From assembly GCA_963713105.1 (NCBI GenBank), contig CAVQKJ010000004.1, positions 202,400 through 266,399 on the forward strand: 64,000 nt of DNA, given 5' to 3'. The translations under genes were made by a program, and so were the position numbers. This stretch comes from an uncultured Chlamydiae bacterium. GTDB taxonomy: Bacteria > Chlamydiota > Chlamydiia > Chlamydiales > SM23-39. Shown piece by piece: positions 36,867 through 46,327 of this stretch. Within the stretch, counting starts at the first letter, position 1. Every line of letters begins with the position of its first letter. The notes beneath the pieces are model-generated. The model was not told the origin of the DNA, did no database searches, and saw nothing but the letters and a program-made list of their open reading frames with translations.

Positions 36867-38174
36867 GTCGTCCAGCTTTCAAGAAAATTGACGAGTTCCA
36901 GATCTTTCTCCGGAGAAACGTAGACCCAGTTGGACTTTTTTGAAGGAACTTTCAAAAGCAGGTCGGAACAATCGCGGGCTTTTTGGATGATGACGTGACG
37001 TTTGGAAACAGGAAAGGAGAGGCGGTCCAAAGGGGGCTCGGCCTTGTGGAATTCCCAATCGATATCGGCATCGCTTAAGTGATTTTTGGTTTTGAACGCG
37101 ATTAAGTCTTTTTCAGAGATCGCGTCGGGCAGCGAAATGGCGCGGAACCGATGTTGGCGGAAAATGACGCATTGGGCGTCGGCATGGCCGGGCAATTTAG
37201 GATCTTTGGCGGCTTTGTTCAGCGCAGAGATCACATCGGTATCGCTGATGCATAAGAATTCATCGACGCTTTCAAGGGGTTTTTTGGAGTAGTTGGCCTG
37301 CATATAGCGGCGTAAATGGAAATTATAGGCTTTGACCGATGAATATTGATAAATCCTCCGGTGCATGAAATGGCGGGCCAAGAGAAGCGCTTCGCACGAT
37401 TCGAGTCCGTTTTCATCGATGCCGAGCTGCAGTTCGTCCGCTCCCCTATCGACGCTCGGCAAAATCCGCAGCATTTCGATGAGCTGATGATAGTCGAAAA
37501 GGCCATAGGCGACGCCTGTGCTTTTAGCGTCGCGCAAAAGATAGTCGATCCGGTCCGCTCCAAAAAAATCGCCGGTGATGACCTCCGAGACGATCCGTTC
37601 CCAAGGGGAGAAAGATTTGCCGGAAATCTCTTTCCATTTCTCTTCGCCGATCGCGATTTTTTTGATATCTTCGACGATATCTCTTTCGATCAGATCTTCC
37701 ATATAGGACGGCGATTTCCGCAGCTTCTCCCAAACGGGTTGAAGATAAGAGCTATCGATAATCTTTAGCGGTCCAATGTTCATGTCCAAAAGAGCCCAGA
37801 AGATCTTTTTCAGCGACATGGGAAAAAGGGAGATGGCCCAAATCGTGGCAGAGGGCCGCCATCCGTAGAACCCTTCTCCAATACAAATAATCGGAAGAGC
37901 CTTTACGGGGGACAAAATGGAAAACATCGGGCCGGACTGATTTGCAGATTTTTTCGAACATCAGAGTGGCAAGGGCCATGACGCCCAGCGAATGCTCGAA
38001 CCGGGTATGGGTGGCGCCCGGATAAACGAGATAGGCGATCCCTAGTTGATGGATGTAGTGGAGCCTTTGAAAGGGGAGCGAATCGATCAATTCTTTTTCG
38101 AATTCATCGAACGGGATAAACCCATGGACCGAATCGTAAATTTTCTTATCGCCGTAAAGGAAATCTTTTACCAT
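36863..38174 (-). pseudogene. SAMHD1-like HD-domain (dNTP triphosphohydrolase-like) protein; one frameshift near 37765
   Basis: IYDSVHGFIPF..PFQRLHYIHQLG..YPGATHTRFEHSLGV..AALCHDLGHLPFSH. The frame change lies at an A/T3 run, then continues ..IIDSSYLQ..GADRIDYLLRDA. Confidence 0.75.
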
Positions 38175-38181
38175 GGGCCCT

Positions 38182-39245
38182 CTACACGCCATTATCCCCG
38201 ATGCAGCCATTCTCATCAATCCGCGTTGGATGTTTAATCCGGACGGGGTTTGCTTTCCTGGACGTAGGAAGCGGAGACCTGCACGAATTCGGCCTTGCGC
38301 TGCAGCTCTTTAAATTCCTTGCCCCGCCGTAGGTCATCCCGCTCCGGATCCCGCCTAACAGTAGGGTGATCAACTCTTCGGCCGTCCCCGAGACCGGCCC
38401 CCAGAAATCGATTCCCTCCGCGACAGTTTTCTCCTTCAGCCCGCCATAAAATTCATTTTGGAAATCGGCCGAGGCCTGTCCGCGGAATTTGGCTTCCAGA
38501 CCCGAGGGGTATCGATCAGTCTTTCTCTTAGGGGCTGCCGATTCTTCGGTTTGGGCAAAAAGTTTACCGATCATCACAGTGCTTGCCCCGGCAGCCAGAG
38601 CCAAGACCACATCGCGGCTGGTCCGGATCCCCCCGTCGGCGATCAACGGCACGCGGAGTTTTTCGGCGATCCGGGCGCAGTCTTGGACCGCTGTAAATTG
38701 GGGCACCCCGAAACCGGTCACCATGCGCGTCGTACAGGCGGCGCCAGGACCCACGCCCACTTTTACCGCGTCGGCGCCGGCATTGACCAAATCGTGATAG
38801 GCCATCGCGGTGCAAACATTGCCGGCGATGACCTGTTTATCAGGATGGGTTTTCTTAAGTTCCTGGATGTATCTAAACATCCGGTCCGAATGTCCATGCG
38901 CCACATCGATGCAGACTCCGAGCAGCCCCCAAGTCGAGCAGCTTCCTCGTTTCGTCGAGCTTCAGGATTCCGCACGAAATGAAGGTTTTGTCCTTGAATT
39001 TTTTCACCCATTTTTCCTGTTCTTCCCAAGGGGAAAACCGGTGGAAGATCGGGATACGAGCCTTGAGCGATCAAAATTTCCGCAAGCGCGTCTGAAATCA
39101 CCGTATCCATATTCGCGGCCAGCAAAGGGATGCCGACTTTCAGCTTTTTGGTCAGCCAGCTTTCTAAAGAAGGCTCCGTCCGCGAAGGGATGTTGTTGAA
39201 TTGAGGGACGAGGGCTACATCGTCGTAGGTCAAAGCATGGCGCAT
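38182..39245 (-). pseudogene. IMPDH/GMP-reductase-family enzyme without CBS insert; at least 3 frameshifts as assembled
   Basis: LTYDDVALVPQ.., ..IPLLAANMDTV.., ..[14 protein letters not shown].. (catalytic Cys loop), ..[12 protein letters not shown]... Adding one base at the T3 run 38309..38311 restores a C-terminus ELQRKAEFVQVSASYVQESKPRPD ending at 38234. Confidence 0.75.
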
Positions 39246-39333
39246 AGCGATCCTGAAAATTTCACTTCCAATTTACCTCGTCCAGCTATTCCACGCTCGT
39301 AAATTTTGAAAACTTAGGTTATTATGGAAAGCT

Positions 39334-40077
39334 ATGATTTCCATTTGCATGCTGACGAAAAACGCGGAAGCGACTTTGGCCGCGACCCTAGATGCGCTAA
39401 AAAGGTGCGGCGAAATAGTTCTTCTCGACAATGGCTCATCCGATGGAACTCTCGAGTTAGCTAAAACATATCCCAATGTGCGGATCGAATGCTCCCCTTT
39501 TATCGGTTTCGGCCCTTTGCGAAACCGGGCCGCCGAATTCGCCTCCAACGATTGGATTTTGGCGATCGACAGCGACGAGGTCCCTTCCCCGGCTCTCTTG
39601 GACGAACTGAGCCGCCTGAAACTCGACCCTCATTGCGTCTATTCGATCCCAAGACATAATTATTACAACGGCAAACGGATCCGCGGGTGCGGATGGGACC
39701 CAGAAAAGGTGGTCCGCCTGTATCACAGGAAAAGCACGGGTTATAGCGAGTCTCAAGTCCATGAATCGGTCGCTGACAAACACCTGGAAATCATCGACTT
39801 GAAATCACCGCTGATCCATACGCCCTATCGCTCAACAGCCGATTTTTTAGCTAAAATGCAGCATTATTCGACCCTGTTTGCAAAAGAAAACCAAACCAAA
39901 AAAAAATCCTCCTTAACGAAAGCGATCGGACATGGTCTCTTTGCATTTTTGAAGAGCTACTTCTTGAAGCGGGGCTTTCTTTGCGGCCGCGAGGGATTCA
40001 TCATCTCTCTTTATAATGGCAATACGGCCTTCTATAAATATCTAAAATTAGCTGAAAAAGACTTTTCTAAGATTTAA
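39334..40077 (+). CDS. Family 2 glycosyltransferase
   Basis: ISICMLTKNAE..LDNGSSDGT..ILAIDSDE (DxD) pattern. Confidence 0.85.
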   Translation: MISICMLTKNAEATLAATLDALKRCGEIVLLDNGSSDGTLELAKTYPNVRIECSPFIGFGPLRNRAAEFASNDWILAIDSDEVPSPALLDELSRLKLDPHCVYSIPRHNYYNGKRIRGCGWDPEKVVRLYHRKSTGYSESQVHESVADKHLEIIDLKSPLIHTPYRSTADFLAKMQHYSTLFAKENQTKKKSSLTKAIGHGLFAFLKSYFLKRGFLCGREGFIISLYNGNTAFYKYLKLAEKDFSKI

Positions 40078-40098
40078 AAAAATTGTAAGGTTCGGTTT

Positions 40099-41565
40099 GT
40101 GAGATACCGGACGAAACTCTACCTCTATTTCATCGCCTTGAGCTTTTGCTCCGCGCTGCTCGCCATTGGCGGGTTCTATTTCGAAGCGCGGAAGATCCTT
40201 TTCAGTGAATTACGAAGCAAAGTCTTAAGCGTCGCCGCCACCGCTGCAAATAGTTTGGATGGAGATCTCATTGCGAAGATCCAGAACCCCGAAGATGTCA
40301 ATACACCCGCATTCCAAGAAATCGCCAAACGGTTCCTGGCGATCCGGAACGCCAACCGGAGGGACGACATCTACGTTACCTATATCTACACTCTCCGGGC
40401 CGATCCGAAGGATCCCAGCCAACTCGAAATTGGGATCGAGGCAACGGATAACAATCTGGATGTCTACACTTTTACAGGAGAAAAATATCCGGAAGGGATC
40501 AAATACGGATTTTTAAGTAATCTCAAACACGATTGGGCCAGCCCTGAATTGGTCACGGACCGTTGGGGACGGTTTCTCTCCGGACTCTCCCCTATTTACG
40601 ATTCCCAGGGCAATTACGTCACGACTCTAGGGATCGATTTATCTTCCCAATCTGTCATAGAGGAATTAAAGCATTTGCAAATCCTCGCCGCGATCATATT
40701 GGGAATCACTCTCGCGGCGGCTTTCATTGCTGCGACTTTCATATCCAGGGCTATGACCCGTTCGTTCGAGAGAATCACCGAAGGGGTCCATCAAATCGAA
40801 CATGGCGATCTGAAAGCGAGGATCGAGCTTCCCACCCACGATGAATTCGCCAATTTGGCCGATGCGATCAACCACATGGCTAAAGGGCTGGAAGAGCATG
40901 AGAGGGTAAAGCTCAATTTCGTCCGTTATGTCTCGAAGCACGTCCTGGAAAAAATCCTCTCTTCAGACATGACCCCAGTATTGAAAGGAGAAAGAAGGAA
41001 AATCACCGTTTTATTTTCCGACATCCGCGAATTCACCCTCTTATCTGAAAAACTGGAGGCCGAAGACGTGGTTTCTCTGCTCAATGAATATCTAGACCAT
41101 ATGCTGAGGGTGATTTTCGAGCATAACGGCACGCTGGATAAATTTATCGGCGACGGCCTCATGGTGGAGTTTGGCGCTCCGCTCGAAGACGAACACCAGG
41201 AAAAGCACGCCCTCGAAACTGCCATCGCCATGCAGAAAGAGCTGAAAATGCTCAATGAGAAATGGAGCCAGCAAGGCCGTCCCAACTTGAAAATGGGAAT
41301 CGGCATCCATACGGGATTTGCGATCGTAGGAAATATCGGCTCGGAAAAACGGATGGAATACACCGCCATCGGCGACACGGTCAACGTCGCCGCCCGCCTC
41401 GAGCAAGCGACGAAAGAATACAAGACCTCGATCCTATTCAGCGAAACGACAATGCAAGGCATCCCGCAAATCGATCGACTCTATTCCATTCAATCCCTCG
41501 GCCCCATCCCATTGCCGGGAAGGACCCAGCCCGTCGCAGCCTACACCGTGAACTTAGATTTCTGA
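40099..41565 (+). CDS. Membrane-bound class III adenylate/guanylate cyclase with extracytoplasmic sensor and HAMP domain
   Basis: GTG start. Two TM segments flank a ~160-aa loop. HAMP (..HGDLKARIELPTHDEFANLADAINHM..). Cyclase core ITVLFSDIREFT..FIGDGLMVEFGAP..IGIHTG..GNIGS..YTAIGDTVNVAARLE. Confidence 0.9.
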   Translation: MRYRTKLYLYFIALSFCSALLAIGGFYFEARKILFSELRSKVLSVAATAANSLDGDLIAKIQNPEDVNTPAFQEIAKRFLAIRNANRRDDIYVTYIYTLRADPKDPSQLEIGIEATDNNLDVYTFTGEKYPEGIKYGFLSNLKHDWASPELVTDRWGRFLSGLSPIYDSQGNYVTTLGIDLSSQSVIEELKHLQILAAIILGITLAAAFIAATFISRAMTRSFERITEGVHQIEHGDLKARIELPTHDEFANLADAINHMAKGLEEHERVKLNFVRYVSKHVLEKILSSDMTPVLKGERRKITVLFSDIREFTLLSEKLEAEDVVSLLNEYLDHMLRVIFEHNGTLDKFIGDGLMVEFGAPLEDEHQEKHALETAIAMQKELKMLNEKWSQQGRPNLKMGIGIHTGFAIVGNIGSEKRMEYTAIGDTVNVAARLEQATKEYKTSILFSETTMQGIPQIDRLYSIQSLGPIPLPGRTQPVAAYTVNLDF

Positions 41566-41613
41566 TCTCAATATCGAAGTAACAAGATAGTGAATACAGT
41601 CAAATATAGTAAC

Positions 41614-41914
41614 AGTCCCAGGATTTGAACATCAGGTGACAGGGTATGCAAGATACGGTGCGCGGCGCACCGGCAGGATATGCAGGATAAAAAAAATGAT
41701 GGTGAATACAAGCTAGATGTATGACAGACCGATAAGAATCGAGCAGGAATAGGAGAAAGAAGACGATTTTTTCTATTTTGACTAGAGTTTGTCTTCCCAA
41801 AACTGTTACTTATCGAGCTTGTATTCCCTATCTATTTTTTTATCCTGCATATCCTGTCGTGCGTTTCGCGCGTATCTTGCATATCCTGTCACCTGATGTT
41901 CAAATCCCAGGACT
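41614..41914. repeat. ~300-bp long imperfect palindrome (MITE-like), ~80-bp terminal inverted arms
   Basis: The left arm 41614..41696 is nearly the reverse complement of the right arm 41835..41914. Inner segments also pair (GAATACAAGCT/AGCTTGTATTC, CGATAAG/CTTATCG). The arms contain the GCAAGATA/CAGGATA motifs of the other repeat family. No ORF. Confidence 0.85.
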
Positions 41915-42025
41915 GATATCCCATTGGACTCTATTCACGCCCTCAGGCCCAAAATATTTGAAGCAGTCTTGATAAAAAAACTCATTTGAATGATAGGGGA
42001 TTTAGAGAGTCAAATAGGAACCCAT

Positions 42026-42310
42026 ATGTCTGTCGGCGATGCAAAAAAGTTTTTTGAAAAATTAGAAAAAGATCCCATGTTCCGGTTTCAAATTGCCCAT
42101 TCTAGAACCGAGGAAGAACAAAACCGGATCATCCGCGAGAAACACAACCTCCATTTCGATGAAAAAGAATTCCAGTCGGCCTTCCAGGAAAAATACCATT
42201 GCCCTTTGAAAAAGGCGGAATTACAAAAATTAGTAGCAGCCGGGTTGCTCACGTCCGAAGTAGCCGCTAAATTCCCCTATACAAAAGAACACCCTCATCA
42301 CGGGGAATAA
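42026..42310 (+). CDS. Small Nif11-domain-like protein
   Basis: MSVGDAKKFFEKLEKDPMFRFQIAHSRTEEEQNRIIREKHNLHFDEKEF fits the Nif11 N-terminal domain pattern. AGGAA RBS before ATG 42026. Confidence 0.45.
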   Translation: MSVGDAKKFFEKLEKDPMFRFQIAHSRTEEEQNRIIREKHNLHFDEKEFQSAFQEKYHCPLKKAELQKLVAAGLLTSEVAAKFPYTKEHPHHGE

Positions 42311-42367
42311 CTATTCTCTTAAATAATCGGCCACAATATACTCATCGCCTCTTAACAAAGGCGATCG

Positions 42368-43573
42368 ATGAGTATTTGCGAATCTTCGGAAGGCTGGGAC
42401 AGGACCTTCCTCGACCTTTCTTCAAAATTGGCCGAACCGTTTTGCTCCGTTTACGAACAGCTCCGCTACCGGCTGCTTGCCCCCCTCGATCCGAATAAAT
42501 TCGATAACTCCATCAACCAGACCCAAGAAATCGCCACACGGACCCTCATCGGAGCCGGAGCCATTTTCGGGGCCTTTCTCTGCACGTCTTTTTTCATTCC
42601 CGCTTTCTGCGGAATCGCCCTTCTAGGCGCAGGATGTAAATTGCTGAGGGCCATCGGATTTGCGATTCAAAAGGATGGATTTACCCATGTAAGAGGGCAA
42701 GCGCCAGAAAAAGCGTTAGATCCCGAAGATCAACAAATAAAAGTCGCGACCTGGAATCTATGTGGAATCGGCGGCGGCATGGCCCTGGATCATGGAGGAG
42801 TGACCCATTGGAGGACGCGGCTGGACGGCGTCATCGATAAAATCAATTGGGAAGACCCCGATGTTTTGATCCTACAAGAAATTTATGATACGGCGCTTGC
42901 AGAGGCGATCGTAGAAAAGCTCCAAAACCGTTACGCCCACTTCTTCATGCACCTCGGCCCGAATGTCAATGGCATGGGAAGCGGCGTCATGATTCTTTCG
43001 AAATACCCAGTCCACAGTTTTTCGAATGAATCGTTTGCAAATAACGATTGGTCGCTCAACCGTGGAATCTCTACTTTGGAAATCAAAGCGAGACCCGAAG
43101 ATTCCCAACCCTGCGCCCGGATCATCGGTACCCATTTAATTAATGGATACGAGGCTGTGGATCGCGAGAAGCGGGCCGTCCAAGTCGCACAGATCGTCGA
43201 CGGATTGGCAAAAAAAACACTCGCTCTTCCGACAGTGATCGCCGGAGATTTCAATATGGAGCGGGATAAGGAAGGAAAAACCCTTCTCGATTTTCTCCAC
43301 CCGGGATTCCAAGAGGCCGAGCCGACGCGGACGAATCGTTTGATGGTCCAATGGAATGGCAAAGTCGATTGCGAATGGGAAGAGACGATCGACTATCTCT
43401 CGCTCTTCAGGCGGACGCTCGCCGACGGACGGCAAATCGCCGCTATCGACGAGAACATCCGCCTCGAAAATGTCCATCTGATCGAAGCATTCGACTCTAC
43501 TTACAACACAAAAACAGCCCTTTCCGATCATCATGGGATTGCGGGAATCCTGAAGCTAGGCTCTCGTAATTGA
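42368..43573 (+). CDS. Endonuclease/exonuclease/phosphatase (EEP) family enzyme with N-terminal bilobed hydrophobic anchor
   Basis: TLIGAGAIFGAFLCTSFFIPAFCGIALLGAGCKLL. EEP motifs VATWNL, VLILQE, GTHL, IAGDFN and LSDHHGI. Confidence 0.75.
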   Translation: MSICESSEGWDRTFLDLSSKLAEPFCSVYEQLRYRLLAPLDPNKFDNSINQTQEIATRTLIGAGAIFGAFLCTSFFIPAFCGIALLGAGCKLLRAIGFAIQKDGFTHVRGQAPEKALDPEDQQIKVATWNLCGIGGGMALDHGGVTHWRTRLDGVIDKINWEDPDVLILQEIYDTALAEAIVEKLQNRYAHFFMHLGPNVNGMGSGVMILSKYPVHSFSNESFANNDWSLNRGISTLEIKARPEDSQPCARIIGTHLINGYEAVDREKRAVQVAQIVDGLAKKTLALPTVIAGDFNMERDKEGKTLLDFLHPGFQEAEPTRTNRLMVQWNGKVDCEWEETIDYLSLFRRTLADGRQIAAIDENIRLENVHLIEAFDSTYNTKTALSDHHGIAGILKLGSRN

Positions 43574-44297
43574 CGCGCCGGAAAAAATCCTGGGGATCCA
43601 TATCCCTTTTTTCCATCCCGTATTCCCTTTCGATCCTTCCCTGATTCAAAATCCACAATCGGTTCCCTAAATACTTCGCCGTCATCGGATCATGGGTGAT
43701 CAGCAGAGTCGGGATCCGATTCCTTCTTGCATACTCTTGCGCAAAGGAAAGCAGTTGGGTCGCCGATCCGGGATCGAGCGCCGCGGTGGGTTCGTCCAAA
43801 AGCAAAAGTTTCGGTTGTTTGAGCGTCGCCATCACAAAGGAGACGATCTGTCTTTGCCCTCCCGATAGAGCTCCCATCGGAACATGCAACATTTTTTCGA
43901 GATTTAAATTGAGCGGCATCAAAAGTTCTTCGATCCTTTCATCAGGAAGACTTTTCGTTCCTCTCCTCAAACCCGCCTTTTGCCCTTTTAAATTCGCAAT
44001 CGCTAAATTTTCCCGGATCGTCAGACTCGAGCACGATCCCAAATAGGTATTTTGGAAAAGCCTGCCCACAGCAGTCGCCCTCTTTTGCTCCGGCATCAAA
44101 GTGCAATCCTGACCCTCGATAAAAAGCGTCCCTTGATCGGGATCCGTTTTCCCGGAGACGATATCGAAAAGGGTTGTTTTGCCGGCGCCATTCGGCCCCA
44201 TGATCACGACGAAATCTTCCTGATCCACTTCGCAGCAGAGATTTTTCAATACGTCGATCCCATTGAATTTCTTAGAAATATTGTTTAATCGGAGCAT
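43497..44297 (-). CDS. ABC transporter ATP-binding protein
   Basis: Walker A GPNGAGKTT, signature LSGGQRQ, Walker B LLLLDEPT. The 3' end overlaps the convergent EEP gene by 77 nt. Confidence 0.9.
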   Translation of the reverse strand: MLRLNNISKKFNGIDVLKNLCCEVDQEDFVVIMGPNGAGKTTLFDIVSGKTDPDQGTLFIEGQDCTLMPEQKRATAVGRLFQNTYLGSCSSLTIRENLAIANLKGQKAGLRRGTKSLPDERIEELLMPLNLNLEKMLHVPMGALSGGQRQIVSFVMATLKQPKLLLLDEPTAALDPGSATQLLSFAQEYARRNRIPTLLITHDPMTAKYLGNRLWILNQGRIEREYGMEKRDMDPQDFFRRVNYESLASGFPQSHDDRKGLFLCCK

Positions 44298-44299
44298 GT

Positions 44300-45151
44300 C
44301 TACCTCGCCAATGAAGAAAACGGTTTTTTATTCAGTTTTAGTTGGATCAACAGGACGATCAAGACAGCCTTGATCAGATTGTTCCAGAGCGGCTCCAACT
44401 GCAGCTCGATCACAGCGGCAAAAATTGTCTGGTAGAGGATGGCTCCCAAAATCAGATTCAAGCCGAAAGACCGCCGGATCATCTCACCTAAGATTAGACC
44501 GGTCAAGCCGATCACTAAAGTCCCAATATTGCCTGTTATGGAAAAAAAACCGTTCCATTGGACAAAAAGAGCGCCGGCCAACGCAGTTAAACTATTTGCA
44601 ACAGCCAAACCAAAAATCTTATAGCCATCGACGCTTTTTCCCAAAGAAACCGCCATCTGGGGATTGCTGCCGGCCGCTTTCAGGATCAGTCCGATCTCGG
44701 AGCGGAGAAGAGCTCTGATTCCCAAATAAACGGCTGTGGCTAAGCCTCCGAGAAAGAGAAGAGGGACCCACTGATTGGCGTGATGCAAAATCGGATTGGT
44801 TTGACTGAGCGAAGCATTCGCTCCAGTCAATTTCAAACAGACTGAAAATAGGGCTGTCGTTACAACGAGCCCGCAAATCAGATGATTCATTTTCATTTTC
44901 GTGTGCAAAATCCCGGTTGCAGAACCTGCTAAGAGGCCTCCTACCAAGCTTAAGCAGAGCGCTAGCCACAAAGAGCCTCCCCATAGAACTGTAACTGCTG
45001 CGAGAGCTCCCCCCAAACCAAAACTCCCCTCTGTGGTCAGGTCGTCGAATTGAACGATGCGCGACGAGAGATAGACTCCCATTACGACGAGGGAATAAAT
45101 CGATCCTTGCAGGAGGATGTGGAGCGCGATTTCACCGATTTCAATGTTCAT
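44300..45151 (-). CDS. ABC transporter permease (branched-chain/BMP-type fold)
   Basis: ~8 TM. Follows the binding-protein gene and precedes the ATPase with 2-nt spacing. Start chosen at MNIEIGEI. Confidence 0.8.
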   Translation of the reverse strand: MNIEIGEIALHILLQGSIYSLVVMGVYLSSRIVQFDDLTTEGSFGLGGALAAVTVLWGGSLWLALCLSLVGGLLAGSATGILHTKMKMNHLICGLVVTTALFSVCLKLTGANASLSQTNPILHHANQWVPLLFLGGLATAVYLGIRALLRSEIGLILKAAGSNPQMAVSLGKSVDGYKIFGLAVANSLTALAGALFVQWNGFFSITGNIGTLVIGLTGLILGEMIRRSFGLNLILGAILYQTIFAAVIELQLEPLWNNLIKAVLIVLLIQLKLNKKPFSSLAR

Positions 45152-46076
45152 CGGACACCCCTTTTTCATGTAGAGCCGCGAGGATCTTCTCATTCACGAC
45201 TTTTTTTGCGTTTTTTGGATCCGCGATGCCAATCTGATCTGGATTTGCGCCCAACGCAAGCACTCGATGCGCGATTTCCGCAGTTTGCCGGCCCAGGTCT
45301 CCGTAATCGGCCCCCTGCGCTGCTAAGGCTCCTTTTGCGACGGAAGGGACATCGCTGACGATTAATGGCCGGTTTCTTTTCAGCGCTTCCTTAGAGAGGA
45401 GCGGCATGGCCCCGACAAGCAAATTATCAGCCGGGACCAAAAGGACGTCTCCCTTGCGGGATGCGGCCATGACCGCTTGGACGATCTCGCTTTCAGAATG
45501 GACGCCTAAGAGATGGCTCTCCAACCCCTTTTTCCGGATCGACTTTTCCATTTTTTCCACCATCGCCTGAGAATTGCTCTCGCCCGGATTGTAAAGGATG
45601 GCGACCCTCTTCGCTGACGGGACCAATTGCAATATCAGATCGGCTTGAGCCTCCGTATCGATCCGGTCCGAAGTGCCGCAAACATTGAGACCTAATCCCA
45701 AGGACTCAGGTTCGCTGACAGCCGCTATGAAAATCGGCTTTTTCTTTTCTATCCTAGCCGCTGCTTGGACAGCCGGCGTTCCGATGGCAAAAATGGCTGC
45801 AATATTTTGATGCGCATGGAAATTTCCCGCGATGCTTTGCGCTTGCGAGAGGGAACCCTCCGCGTTCTGAACGACAAAATCGACTTGTCCCCCCAGTAAA
45901 CGGTTTAATTCATCGATAAATCCCTCTCTCGTTTGATCGAGGGCTGGATGGCTGGCCGTTTGGAGGATGCCGACTGTAATTTTTTTCTCGCTGTCCGCAG
46001 AGAAAAACGTTTGGTATAAAACGCCTCCCAAAATCAAGATCAGGCAGGCTAAGAGAAGGGTTGCTTTGGAATTCAT
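45141..46076 (-). CDS. ABC transporter substrate-binding protein (ABC_sub_bind / COG2984-like)
   Basis: Signal anchor MNSKATLLLACLILILGG. KITVGILQTASHPALDQTREGFIDEL.. pattern. Confidence 0.75.
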   Translation of the reverse strand: MNSKATLLLACLILILGGVLYQTFFSADSEKKITVGILQTASHPALDQTREGFIDELNRLLGGQVDFVVQNAEGSLSQAQSIAGNFHAHQNIAAIFAIGTPAVQAAARIEKKKPIFIAAVSEPESLGLGLNVCGTSDRIDTEAQADLILQLVPSAKRVAILYNPGESNSQAMVEKMEKSIRKKGLESHLLGVHSESEIVQAVMAASRKGDVLLVPADNLLVGAMPLLSKEALKRNRPLIVSDVPSVAKGALAAQGADYGDLGRQTAEIAHRVLALGANPDQIGIADPKNAKKVVNEKILAALHEKGVSDEH

Positions 46077-46130
46077 ATTTTTTCCTTTTTGGTTTCTCCT
46101 TGGCGCTAAAGCCAGGAGATTCCACAAAGG

Positions 46131-46160
46131 AAAAACCCTGGCTAGAGGAGCCAGGGTTTT
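46131..46160. terminator. Bidirectional terminator-like hairpin
   Basis: AAAAA-CCCTGGCT-AGAGG-AGCCAGGG-TTTT. Confidence 0.6.
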
Positions 46161-46216
46161 GATCGAGTAAATTTGCTACCCGTTTTCCCCGCTCCTCTTC
46201 TTAAAGGAGAAAAAAA

Positions 46217-46300
46217 ATGGATAAGCAAAATAAAAAACGGAACCGCAATGAGTCTTTTGAATCGGCAGAAGAAGGGAAGTTCGCGTCGTCGATTTCATAG
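46217..46300 (+). CDS. Candidate 27-aa ORF with strong RBS
   Basis: AAAGGAGA, 8 nt, then ATG. MDKQNKKRNRNESFESAEEGKFASSIS. Below the ORF-track cutoff, no homology recognised. Confidence 0.2.
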   Translation: MDKQNKKRNRNESFESAEEGKFASSIS

Positions 46301-46327
46301 CTTTATAGGTTCTTGAACTATACACAA

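Noticed and set aside
41614-41914. tRNA or tRNA-derived gene in the palindrome arms (GGATTTGAAC / GTTCAAATCC T-loop-like string)
   Set aside because: No cloverleaf can be drawn: there is no acceptor stem, D-arm or anticodon arm. The resemblance is limited to ~10 nt.
42026-43573. RiPP biosynthetic cluster nucleated by the Nif11-like gene
   Set aside because: The neighbouring gene is an EEP hydrolase. No maturase or transporter is nearby, and the putative core region is not Cys/Ser/Thr-rich.
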